A stretch of 64,000 nucleotides of DNA from a virus (taxonomy: Duplodnaviria; Caudoviricetes). How positions within the stretch are numbered: the first letter of the stretch is position 1; every line of letters begins with the position of its first letter. Shown piece after piece: positions 8,425 to 16,015 of this stretch. The stretch covers positions 3,864 through 67,863 of IMG/VR virus record IMGVR_UViG_3300033066_002031; one strand, 5' to 3'. A program made the position numbers and the translations under genes. A model generated the notes under the pieces. It did no database searches. It was not told the origin of the DNA and saw only the letters and a program-made list of their open reading frames with translations.

Positions 8425-8572
8425 CAACAAAACTGTTCCGCGCAAGGGGCTGTTCACAGCCGATGGAACTGTAACACTATTATCCCCTGCAAAGGGTTGA
8501 CCACAGTACGCACCACGGGCTTTCCGTGCTTTCGTCTGCAACACAAATAACCCCGCAAGGGGCTCGTCGTAC
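8425..8572 (+). repeat. Diverged repeat-like units trailing the array
   Basis: 8469-8504 CTGTAACACTATTATCCCCTGCAAAGGGTTGACCAC and 8534-8572 GTCTGCAACACAAATAACCCCGCAAGGGGCTCGTCGTAC keep the GYAACAC start and a hairpin, now with a GCAA loop; only the first keeps the GTTGACCAC end. Confidence 0.65.
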
Positions 8573-8596
8573 TAAAGTATCCTATCTTTTTTATGC

Positions 8597-8818
8597 TTGA
8601 CGCGGAGGTTCGTCATGGTGCATCAGATGTGTGTGGCGGCGTGCGTCGACCCAGCTTGTGCAAAGGGGTCGACGTTCCTGCTCCGCGAAGACGAATGGCG
8701 AGCCGGTAAGGATCAGTGTCCGCGATGCGGCAAGCCAGCCCACGTCAAACCCTACAGCCTCGACGAGTGGCGGAATCTTGCCGCCGCCGCGAACCAGGAC
8801 GAAGCCAAGAGCGTCTAG
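8597..8818 (+). CDS. Small Cys-rich (Zn-binding) protein
   Basis: C...C...CPRCGKP; start uncertain. Confidence 0.55.
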   Translation: MTRRFVMVHQMCVAACVDPACAKGSTFLLREDEWRAGKDQCPRCGKPAHVKPYSLDEWRNLAAAANQDEAKSV

Positions 8819-9016
8819 TAAGATACAACACGGGCGATGATCGGCATTGGAGACCGAGCCGCACTCGCATTGCGGAGGCAACCCGTTCGAATCGGGTATC
8901 GTCCACTCTGTTTACATGTTCACTATATTGCTGGAGCCAGCAAGATGATCGACAAAATCTTTTCACGGTGCGGTTTCCTTTAGTGTGGCTCAACCGCCAC
9001 GCGAAAGGAAACTGCA

Positions 9017-9331
9017 ATGGGATGGCGAGAGCGGAACCGACCCGCAGATTACACGGCGATCTACGGGTTCCACAAGAACGGCGTCTGGGTTTCGATGTGG
9101 CGTGGATGGCACAGCGGCGGAAGCTGCCGAAGCTTTCGCCCAATCCGCACCACGGCTGAGAAGCGGGATTGGGATCGCGAGTACGGTCGGGCGAAGCGGT
9201 CGCCTCGGCAACTCCCGATGTATGAGGACGAGCGAATCCGCTGCGTCCAGCGTAGCTGGAAAGCCCAGCGACGCCATCAGTACAAGGTGATCGATATGAA
9301 CACGAAGCGAAAGGTTGGGTCCGCCTGTTGA
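9017..9331 (+). CDS. Basic Arg/Trp-rich small protein, MGWRE family paralog 1
   Basis: Starts MGWRER, has RSWKAQRRHQYK near the C-terminus. Confidence 0.75.
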   Translation: MGWRERNRPADYTAIYGFHKNGVWVSMWRGWHSGGSCRSFRPIRTTAEKRDWDREYGRAKRSPRQLPMYEDERIRCVQRSWKAQRRHQYKVIDMNTKRKVGSAC

Positions 9332-9364
9332 AGTTCGCATTTCGCGAACAGAACAGGAGATCCG

Positions 9365-9655
9365 ATGGGCTGGAGAGAAAAAGGGGCTCCGGAGTTTTAC
9401 CGGAACCACCCGGTCAGGGACTGTCGCAGCGGCTCTTACTGGTGGGGCAAGAAGAGGACGAAGGGCGGGTATCGCCGGGAGCCTTCGCTTTATCGCGAGC
9501 TTCACAACGTCGGCGATCCGCTCTACGCACCGAGAGCCAAGCGGTCGTCCAGGCTGAAGAAGTGGTTTTGCTGGGACTGGGAGCCGACCAAAACGCAGTG
9601 GCGGTCGTGGAAGCACTACCGCTCGACGCAATACAAGGTCGTCAGGACGACGTAA
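9365..9655 (+). CDS. Basic Arg/Trp-rich small protein, MGWRE family paralog 2
   Basis: MGWREK...RSWKHYRSTQYK; AGGAG RBS. Confidence 0.75.
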   Translation: MGWREKGAPEFYRNHPVRDCRSGSYWWGKKRTKGGYRREPSLYRELHNVGDPLYAPRAKRSSRLKKWFCWDWEPTKTQWRSWKHYRSTQYKVVRTT

Positions 9656-9940
9656 ATGGGATGGCGTGAAAAAGGACCGCCGCCGGTTCGGAAAACAACG
9701 ATCGACCTTGGGTACGGAAGCGTCTGGCACAAGGTCTTTTGGCACGGCAACGGCGGTCCCGTCAGGTCGCCTCATCGTCATCCCGCCCTGATGAGCGAGC
9801 GGCGGGCATGGGACGAGCAGTACGCGAGACGATCGCGACGCTGGACGACCAAGACGCTCGCCTGGATCTACAAGTCGGGTCGCAAGCCGCGATCCTGGAA
9901 AAACTACCGCGATCACCAATGGAAGCCGGTGGTCGCGTAA
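9656..9940 (+). CDS. Basic Arg/Trp-rich small protein, MGWRE family paralog 3
   Basis: MGWREK...RSWKNYRDHQWK; starts immediately after the previous stop. Confidence 0.75.
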   Translation: MGWREKGPPPVRKTTIDLGYGSVWHKVFWHGNGGPVRSPHRHPALMSERRAWDEQYARRSRRWTTKTLAWIYKSGRKPRSWKNYRDHQWKPVVA

Positions 9941-9944
9941 TTAC

Positions 9945-10027
9945 GGTGGGGAAGCGAATTGGAAAGCAGCCTGATTGCTAGTCAGGTGCCCGTAAAAGGG
10001 TTGCGAGTTCGAGCCTCGCCCCCACCG
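9945..10027 (+). tRNA. tRNA-Ser(GCT)
   Basis: GGTGGGG/CCCCACC+G73; CCTGA-TTGCTAG-TCAGG; long V-arm CCC-GTAAAA-GGG. Confidence 0.85.
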
Positions 10028-10034
10028 CTTTCTG

Positions 10035-10253
10035 ATGGAGCCTGACTGCATGGAGGCAGCGATGGACGCCAAGGCTTTCGACAGCTTGATTCTGTTCTTG
10101 TCCGTTCCTTACATGGGCGACAAGAGGCGGATCTCCTTCAACAAGCCTGGCGTCTTGTGCGAGAGCGGCGAAAATTATGTCGTGAAATCGGACTGGACAT
10201 GCATCGTTCGTCGTGATATAGTCATCATGGTGGCGATGAAGACAAAGAAGTGA
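10035..10253 (+). CDS. Hypothetical small protein within the tRNA cluster
   Basis: 72-aa ORF filling the gap between tRNAs; GGAGG before the internal ATG. Confidence 0.45.
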   Translation: MEPDCMEAAMDAKAFDSLILFLSVPYMGDKRRISFNKPGVLCESGENYVVKSDWTCIVRRDIVIMVAMKTKK

Positions 10254-10259
10254 AGCGAT

Positions 10260-10344
10260 GGGTCGTGGTGGCGAGGAGCCTGAACCGCCTCCTAAGCGGT
10301 TTTTGCCGAAAGGCAATTGCCGGGTTCGAATCCCGGACGACCTA
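10260..10344 (+). tRNA. tRNA-Arg(CCT) with 5-nt D loop and long variable arm
   Basis: GGGTCGT/ACGACCT+A; D arm GGC-GAGGA-GCC; AACCGC-CTCCTAA-GCGGTT; V-arm TTGCC-GAAA-GGCAA; CCGGG-TTCGAAT-CCCGG. Confidence 0.75.
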
Positions 10345-10349
10345 CTGAC

Positions 10350-10417
10350 GGCTCGCGTCCTGGAGACAGGCGGGTCTTCTACACCTGCCCAGCCCAGTTC
10401 GACACTGGGGCGGGCTA
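10350..10417 (+). tRNA. Non-canonical tRNA-Arg(TCT), 68 nt
   Basis: GGCTCGC/GCGGGCT+A; no nt 8-9; D arm GTC-CTGGA-GAC; 7-bp anticodon stem GGCGGGT-CTTCTAC-ACCTGCC; T arm CCCAG-TTCGACA-CTGGG. Confidence 0.75.
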
Positions 10418-10430
10418 CTGACTGATTGAC

Positions 10431-10500
10431 GGCTCGCGCCCTGGAGGCACCGGCGGCTTCGAACCGCTGGCATCGCAAGGTTCGACCCCTTGGCGAGCTA
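10431..10500 (+). tRNA. Non-canonical tRNA-Arg(TCG), 70 nt
   Basis: GGCTCGC/GCGAGCT+A; D arm GCC-CTGGA-GGC; CCGGCGG-CTTCGAA-CCGCTGG; CAAGG-TTCGACC-CCTTG. Confidence 0.75.
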
Positions 10501-10506
10501 CTCGAC

Positions 10507-10576
10507 AGCCTGCGTCCTGGAGACACCCGAGCTTGCGAAGCTCAGGCATAGTCGGGTTCGACCCCCGAGCAGGCTG
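10507..10576 (+). tRNA. Non-canonical tRNA-Arg(GCG), 70 nt
   Basis: AGCCTGC/GCAGGCT+G; D arm GTC-CTGGA-GAC; CCCGAGC-TTGCGAA-GCTCAGG (one mismatch); TCGGG-TTCGACC-CCCGA. Confidence 0.75.
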
Positions 10577-10580
10577 CTGA

Positions 10581-10651
10581 CCCCCGGTGGTGAAATGGTA
10601 TGACACATGCTCGACACGCATGAGTAGAAGGTTCGATTCCTTCCTGGGGGA
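10581..10651 (+). tRNA. tRNA-Val(GAC), C at position 33
   Basis: CCCCCGG/CTGGGGG+A; CATGC-TCGACAC-GCATG; GAAGG-TTCGATT-CCTTC. Confidence 0.7.
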
Positions 10652-10676
10652 CTTTACCAACCAGTCCTGGAGCAAT

Positions 10677-10925
10677 GCGATGAGCAATCGGAAGAGCGAA
10701 AATCTCATGGCGTGGATCTCGGTTTGCATCGGCTTGGGCTTATGGGTAGCCTTCGCCGGAGGTTGCTACACTCTGTTTTCCGGGCAGGGCGATCTGCATG
10801 AGTTCAAGATCGCGATGACCAACTTTCTGTTCGCCTGGATGCAAACCGCCTTCGTCCTTCGCCACCTTGACAATCTCAACGGGTTTCATGTGACCGAGAG
10901 GGAGAAGTTGGTCTACTCTCGGTAA
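10677..10925 (+). CDS. Small membrane protein
   Basis: Two hydrophobic segments. The longer ORF-track start overlaps tRNA-Val, so an internal ATG is preferred. Confidence 0.5.
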   Translation, partial: AMSNRKSENLMAWISVCIGLGLWVAFAGGCYTLFSGQGDLHEFKIAMTNFLFAWMQTAFVLRHLDNLNGFHVTEREKLVYSR

Positions 10926-10936
10926 GCAGTAGTTAC

Positions 10937-11019
10937 AGCAGGGCTATCCGATTGGCGACGGAATCCGCTTGGAAGGCGGACGTGCGAAAGCCTTGAGGGT
11001 TCGACTCCCTCCCCTGCTG
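10937..11019 (+). tRNA. tRNA-Ser(GGA)
   Basis: AGCAGGG/CCCTGCT+G73; TCCGC-TTGGAAG-GCGGA; long V-arm. Confidence 0.88.
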
Positions 11020-11030
11020 CTTGGTTTTAC

Positions 11031-11120
11031 AGAAGGGCAAGCCGATTGGCGACGGTATCCGCTTCGAAAGCGGACGAGCGGCTCAATGCCGCCTTGAGGG
11101 TTCGACTCCCTCTCCTTCTG
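11031..11120 (+). tRNA. tRNA-Ser(CGA)
   Basis: AGAAGGG/TCCTTCT+G73; TCCGC-TTCGAAA-GCGGA; V-arm GCGGC-TCAAT-GCCGC. Confidence 0.88.
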
Positions 11121-11134
11121 CTGCGGTCATTGAT

Positions 11135-11208
11135 GGGGGTTGTGATGTAATTGGATAGCATCCCTGATTGTGCGTCAGGTCGTGCCGGTTCGAGTCCGGT
11201 CAAGCCTA
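11135..11208 (+). tRNA. tRNA-His(GTG), imperfect acceptor stem
   Basis: CCTGA-TTGTGCG-TCAGG; GCCGG-TTCGAGT-CCGGT; possible G-1; one G-G mismatch in the acceptor stem. Confidence 0.7.
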
Positions 11209-11209
11209 C

Positions 11210-12493
11210 TGGGTGTGTTTTGCATACAGACAATCAGAATTAGCAACATGAGAATTCACAAGAGCTTCAAAACTGAACTTGACCCAAACGATAAACAGCG
11301 GACGCTTTTCCTTAAAAATGCCGGAGTTGCCCGATTTGCCTACAATTGGGGCTTGCATCAAGCACAACAAGCTCAGGCGAATGGTCAAAAAAGACCTCGA
11401 TATTTTGAACTCAACCGTCGTCTGAATTTGCTTAAAAAAACAGAATTCCCATGGATGTACGAAGTGTCTAAGTGTGCTCCTCAGGGAGCTTTGCAGGATC
11501 TCGAAGAGGCGTTCAAAAGATTTTTCAAGAATTGCAATCTGAAAAATAAGGGTGGTTTCAAGAGCAAAAACGGTTTTCCCAGGTTCAAAAACAAAAAAAA
11601 CGGTGTTGGCGGCTTTCGACTGACAGGGTCTATCTATGTTTTTGCCGATGCGATCCAAATTCCCAAAATTGGCAAGGTGCGTCTGAAAGAGCGTGGCTAT
11701 ATTCCGACAGACGCTAAAATTCTCAATATTACCGTCACAGAGCGCGCTGGACGTTGGTTCGTCTCGGTGCTGATTGAAGCAGAACTGCCCGAGCCGTCTG
11801 CTAAGCCTGTTGCTGTTGCTGGCGTTGATCTTGGTATCAAAACGCTCGCGACCTGTAGCGACGGCGTGACGTTCCGGCACTCCAAGGCTTTGCAGGAAAG
11901 CCTCCAAAAACTCAGGCGGCTTAGCCGCCTTGTGTCACGCAAGAAGAAAGGCGGTGCCAACCGGAGGAAAGCCGTAGCCAAACTCGGGAAGCTTCACAAG
12001 CGGATTAGTGACATCCGGAACGACACGCTTCACAAGGTCACGACGCACCTGGCGAAAACCAAGTCGGTCGTCGTGATCGAAGACCTTAACGTCTCCGGCA
12101 TGCTCAAAAACCGTTGTCTCGCCAGAGCCATCAGCGATGTCGGGTTCGGCGAGTTCCGTCGTCAGATGGAGTACAAAGGCTCCTGGTACGGCTGCAAAGT
12201 CATCGTCGCTGATAGGTTTTTCCCGTCGTCGAAGATGTGCTGCAAGTGCGGCGAAGTCAAAATCGACCTATCTTTGTCAGAAAGGATCTTTGTTTGTGAA
12301 TGTGGCAATGTGATTGACCGCGATTTGAATGCCGCAATCAATCTTGAGCGATACTGTACCGCCGGTTCGGCGGGAATCTACGCCTGCGGAGAATCGGGCT
12401 CTGGGCTCGGCTCGCAAGAGTAGAGTGTAACCGGATTCGTTGAAGCAGGAAGCGGACTGCAAGCTACAACTTGCGTAAGTTCCGCAGAACAGG
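11210..12493 (+). mobile_element. Non-autonomous tnpB-only insertion element (ends approximate) with omega-RNA region at the right end
   Basis: No tnpA; visibly AT-richer than the flanks; right-end features GCCTGCGGAG..GAAGCAGGAA..AACTT-GCGT-AAGTT..GAACAGG. Confidence 0.6.
11248..12423 (+). CDS. tnpB: TnpB RNA-guided endonuclease (IS200/IS605 or IS607 type), RuvC intact
   Basis: HTH start KTELDPNDKQ..ARFAYNWGL; RuvC-I GVDLGIK, RuvC-II IEDLNV, Zn ribbon CCKCG..CECG, RuvC-III DRDLNAAINL. Confidence 0.93.
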   Translation: MRIHKSFKTELDPNDKQRTLFLKNAGVARFAYNWGLHQAQQAQANGQKRPRYFELNRRLNLLKKTEFPWMYEVSKCAPQGALQDLEEAFKRFFKNCNLKNKGGFKSKNGFPRFKNKKNGVGGFRLTGSIYVFADAIQIPKIGKVRLKERGYIPTDAKILNITVTERAGRWFVSVLIEAELPEPSAKPVAVAGVDLGIKTLATCSDGVTFRHSKALQESLQKLRRLSRLVSRKKKGGANRRKAVAKLGKLHKRISDIRNDTLHKVTTHLAKTKSVVVIEDLNVSGMLKNRCLARAISDVGFGEFRRQMEYKGSWYGCKVIVADRFFPSSKMCCKCGEVKIDLSLSERIFVCECGNVIDRDLNAAINLERYCTAGSAGIYACGESGSGLGSQE

Positions 12494-12502
12494 CGTGATG
12501 TC

Positions 12503-13090
12503 ATGAGCGGCGTATTGACCCGCCCGGTTTTGGTCCTCAATCAGTCCTGGATGCCCATCCACGTTTCCGAGGTCGCCTCGGTCGTGACGAAGCTCTGGAA
12601 CGACGTCTTCAAGGCGATCGACCCGGAGACCTACGGGCTCCACACCTGGGAAGAGTGGATCGAACTGCCGGTCGGTGAAAGTGAGCCATGCATCCGCACC
12701 GGGAAGCTGAAGATCAAGGTTCCCGAGGTCGTGTGTGCGTTCCGCTACGACAAGATGCCTGCGGCGGCGGTCGTGTACAACGCCCGCAACGTCCACAAGC
12801 GGGACCACTACACCTGCCAGTATTGCGGGGCTCAGCCGGGGCTCGACGGCGTCACGATCGACCACGTCGTGCCGAAGGCTCAGGGCGGCGGCTCGAACTG
12901 GCTCAACTGCGTCTCGTGCTGCTCGCCGTGCAACGCCAAGAAGGCTGACCGCACGCCCGAGCAGGCTGGCATGAAGTTGAGGCGGCAGCCGTTCAAGCCG
13001 GAATTCAAGGCGTTCTGGCAGGAGCAGGGCGCCAGGGTCGCAAGCTGGGAGAGGTTCGTCCGGCACGCGCCGGTTATGAGCTATGCTTGA
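12503..13090 (+). CDS. HNH endonuclease (McrA/HNH_5-like)
   Basis: VLVLNQSW start; RD.YTCQYCG..TIDHVVP...GG...WLNCVSCCSPCNAKK. Confidence 0.9.
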   Translation: MSGVLTRPVLVLNQSWMPIHVSEVASVVTKLWNDVFKAIDPETYGLHTWEEWIELPVGESEPCIRTGKLKIKVPEVVCAFRYDKMPAAAVVYNARNVHKRDHYTCQYCGAQPGLDGVTIDHVVPKAQGGGSNWLNCVSCCSPCNAKKADRTPEQAGMKLRRQPFKPEFKAFWQEQGARVASWERFVRHAPVMSYA

Positions 13091-13119
13091 AGCGTCGCCC
13101 CTTCGGGGGCGACCAATTA

Positions 13120-13194
13120 GAGTGGCGAAGATCGCGGGTAGCGGCGGCGTCTCTGCAAAAGACGTATACATCGGTTCGACTCCGACGCCACTCT
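13120..13194 (+). tRNA. tRNA-Cys(GCA)
   Basis: GAGTGGC/GCCACTC+U73; CGTCT-CTGCAAA-AGACG; TTCGACT T loop. Confidence 0.8.
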
Positions 13195-13213
13195 CTCACA
13201 CAAGGACGGAACC

Positions 13214-16015
13214 ATGCTGAAAGTCAATGGAAGCGCCTCGCTGACGCCCGACTCCGTCGTCCTGACGGCTGGGGAGGACGGCGAGTACGGCTCGGCGTGG
13301 CTCCCGACGCCCGTCAGCACGCTCGACGACTTCTCGATATCGTTCGCGTTCCAAGCCAAGCCCGTCCCTGGGAGACCCCTGGGAGCCGGGCTTGCTTTCG
13401 TTATCCAGAACAGCTTCATGTACGGCTATCTGGAGACGGCGACGAACAACAACCCCGGCAAGGGCAGCCTCGGCATGGGGACGGGGAAGAAGGTCGCGAT
13501 CAAGTTCGACTTCTTCAACGACAACGTCAACAACTGGCAGGGACCGGGCATGGCGAGCACCCGGAACGCCACCGGTCTCTACGTCGACAGCCGCATGCCC
13601 GACGTCACGGACCCCGAAGAGATCAATACCGACCTCGACTTCACGAAGCCGGTCTACGTCACGATCTCCTACAACGCATCCGGCGGGACGCTGACGCAGG
13701 AGATGGGCTCCGTCAAGGGGCAGCCGTCCTGGAAACACGTTTACAGCGATCTGAATCTCAGGACTGAATTCGCCAGGGCGGATTACGACGGCGGCAGGGC
13801 TTACCTCGGCTTCACCGGCAGCACCGGCAGCTTCTATGTCTTGCAGTCGCCTCCGACGGCGAGGATCGAGGTCTTCGACCTGAGCGTCAAGGAGCCGAGC
13901 CGCTACCGCTTCTCCTTCTCGCTCTCCGAGCCCAAGATCACGGCGGCTGATGTGTTCGGGACATCCGGACATGTCCGGACGCTGTGGCAGGCGAACAGGC
14001 TCTTGCCCGGCGACTACGTCGTCGGCTGGGACGGGCTCGACGAATACGGCAAGGTGGTCCCAGCTTCCGCCAACCCTTACGTCCAGGTCGTGGCGAGCGC
14101 GAGGAGCGTCGTGGCGTCGACGGTCGGCAACGACGGCGGCTATTCCGCCGTCGGGATCTACGGCATTGCGGCGTCGCGGCACGACGACCGCCTCTACACG
14201 GCGATCCAGGGCGCCGACTCCTGCCTCGGCGGATGCTCGCGGCAGCTTGATGCGTCGGGCAGGATCGTGCAGCCCGCGTACGTCATGGACGCCCCAGGCT
14301 TCGCCGGCTCGGCGGTGACGCTGGACGCGAAATACTTGTACGTCGCGGTCCAGATCGCCCTCCAGGGCGGCTACGGCGTCACGAAGATCACGCGGGACTA
14401 CTACGACCCATCCGACTCATTCACGAGCGAAAGCCTGCTGAGCCACGGCGGGAAGAAGTACATCCACGTCGACGACGGCGACGCTGGCGAGATGACGCTG
14501 ATCCGCAAGATGGCGGCGACGAATTACGCCGACCCTTCCAGGGGTCTCCTGTACGTCGTGAACCGCAGGCTTTCCCGCATCGAGCGATACGACAAGGTCA
14601 AGGGTCAGCCGATCGGGCTCCCGATCGCGATGGACAATCCGACGGCGGTCGCGTACGACGATGCGACGGCGACGCTCTACGCCTCGGACGGCAAGAGCGT
14701 CTTCGCCTTCGACGACGCCGGCAAGCCGCTCCGCACGCTCCCGGCGGCGTTCGTCGACGTCTCGGATCTGGTCGTCGCGAATGGCTTGTTCTACGTGGCG
14801 GATCGCGGCGTCGGTCGCGTGCTGGTCTACGACGCGGCTGGGAAGCTGAAGCTGTCGATCGGGCAGGACAAGGACGACGGCGTCCGCAAGTTTTGGAGCC
14901 TGACCGGACTCGCCGTGGACGCCTCCGGCTCGCTCTACACGGTGCAGAACCTCCGCAAACCCGACAAGCCGTCGACGCTGTCGAACGGCGTCCAGATCGC
15001 CAAATGGAGCCCTTCCGGCGATAACGTGTGGGTGAAGGGAGGCTACTCGTTCCAGGGCGGCGCCGGGACGGCGGCTGACGGCGTGCTCGTCACGTCCGAC
15101 CTCCGCACGTTCTCGATCGACTCCGAGACGCGGGCGTGGAAGTACCTGGGCACGATCGACTATCCGGCTTGGGATTCGGGAGCCGACGCCGACTACAACG
15201 ACACGTCCCGGTCTCCGATGCGGAACCTGGGCGGCACGCTGGTGAAATCATTGCGGGACGAGGGCGGCGTCGTCTTCATCCGCAGCGGCAAGGTGCTGGC
15301 GTCGGTGTCGCCCGACGTCGTCACGAGGGGCGCCCAGAAGTTCAAGTCGACGACCGGAATCCCCGTGGCGTACATGATGTCCGACCGCGCCGGGAACGTC
15401 TGGTGCGTCTCGCGGCATCCGACGACGTGGATGTACGGTCTGTACAAGCTGCCGCTGCTCTCGTTCGACCGGAGCGGCGCCCCGGTGCATAACTGGAACG
15501 CCGTGGCGAAGGTCATGGACTTCGACGCGATCCCGAATTCGATCGCGATCAACGACGGCGGCGTCTACTCCCTGGTTTCGGACTGGACGCTGAGCCCGCC
15601 GAGCAGTATAAGCGTATTCGGGAACTACAGCATCGGCGGCAGCAATGCACTCGTGAAATATTCCCTGAATGGAACGCGGGAATGGACGATCCGCCTGCCC
15701 AACTACGCCGTCTGCCTCGACTCGATCCCAGGCGGGGGCGGCGTCGTCGTCGGCATGGCGGTCGGGAGCGAGGTCTATCAGGTGACGAGCGAAGGTCAGG
15801 TGACGGCGTGCTCCTTCCCGTCGACGCCTTCGGACTGGCTCGACGTCAAGAGCGGCTCGATCGGCGTCAGCCGCGACGAGAAGACCGGTCGCATCGACGT
15901 CTTCACGGAAAACATCGGCTGGTCCCAGACGGCTTGGCATTCGATCTACCAAAGGGCTCCCGTCGTCGTCCTCCGTGGGAAGGCGGTCGGCGGAGCCGTT
16001 TCACCGTTGAAGTAA
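13214..16015 (+). CDS. Multidomain protein: L-type lectin + FlgD-like Ig domain + NHL/beta-propeller repeats
   Basis: Lectin motifs (GSAW..FSISFAF..GLAFVIQN..VAIKFD..YLGFTGSTG); FlgD motif VRTL..GDYVVGWDGLDEYG; NHL-like YVADRG..GLAVD. Confidence 0.7.
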   Translation: MLKVNGSASLTPDSVVLTAGEDGEYGSAWLPTPVSTLDDFSISFAFQAKPVPGRPLGAGLAFVIQNSFMYGYLETATNNNPGKGSLGMGTGKKVAIKFDFFNDNVNNWQGPGMASTRNATGLYVDSRMPDVTDPEEINTDLDFTKPVYVTISYNASGGTLTQEMGSVKGQPSWKHVYSDLNLRTEFARADYDGGRAYLGFTGSTGSFYVLQSPPTARIEVFDLSVKEPSRYRFSFSLSEPKITAADVFGTSGHVRTLWQANRLLPGDYVVGWDGLDEYGKVVPASANPYVQVVASARSVVASTVGNDGGYSAVGIYGIAASRHDDRLYTAIQGADSCLGGCSRQLDASGRIVQPAYVMDAPGFAGSAVTLDAKYLYVAVQIALQGGYGVTKITRDYYDPSDSFTSESLLSHGGKKYIHVDDGDAGEMTLIRKMAATNYADPSRGLLYVVNRRLSRIERYDKVKGQPIGLPIAMDNPTAVAYDDATATLYASDGKSVFAFDDAGKPLRTLPAAFVDVSDLVVANGLFYVADRGVGRVLVYDAAGKLKLSIGQDKDDGVRKFWSLTGLAVDASGSLYTVQNLRKPDKPSTLSNGVQIAKWSPSGDNVWVKGGYSFQGGAGTAADGVLVTSDLRTFSIDSETRAWKYLGTIDYPAWDSGADADYNDTSRSPMRNLGGTLVKSLRDEGGVVFIRSGKVLASVSPDVVTRGAQKFKSTTGIPVAYMMSDRAGNVWCVSRHPTTWMYGLYKLPLLSFDRSGAPVHNWNAVAKVMDFDAIPNSIAINDGGVYSLVSDWTLSPPSSISVFGNYSIGGSNALVKYSLNGTREWTIRLPNYAVCLDSIPGGGGVVVGMAVGSEVYQVTSEGQVTACSFPSTPSDWLDVKSGSIGVSRDEKTGRIDVFTENIGWSQTAWHSIYQRAPVVVLRGKAVGGAVSPLK

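Noticed and set aside
8284-8550. 88-aa ORF
   Set aside because: It reads through CRISPR repeats and spacers, so it is spurious.
11170-11247. ORF-track GTG start of tnpB at 11170
   Set aside because: It overlaps tRNA-His; ATG 11248 gives the typical TnpB N-terminus.
11248-12423. Calling this ORF a Cas12 effector of the array
   Set aside because: Size (~391 aa), ordinary IS-type N-terminus, its own right-end/omega-RNA features and 2.8-kb distance from the array fit TnpB. The link is kept only as a hypothesis.
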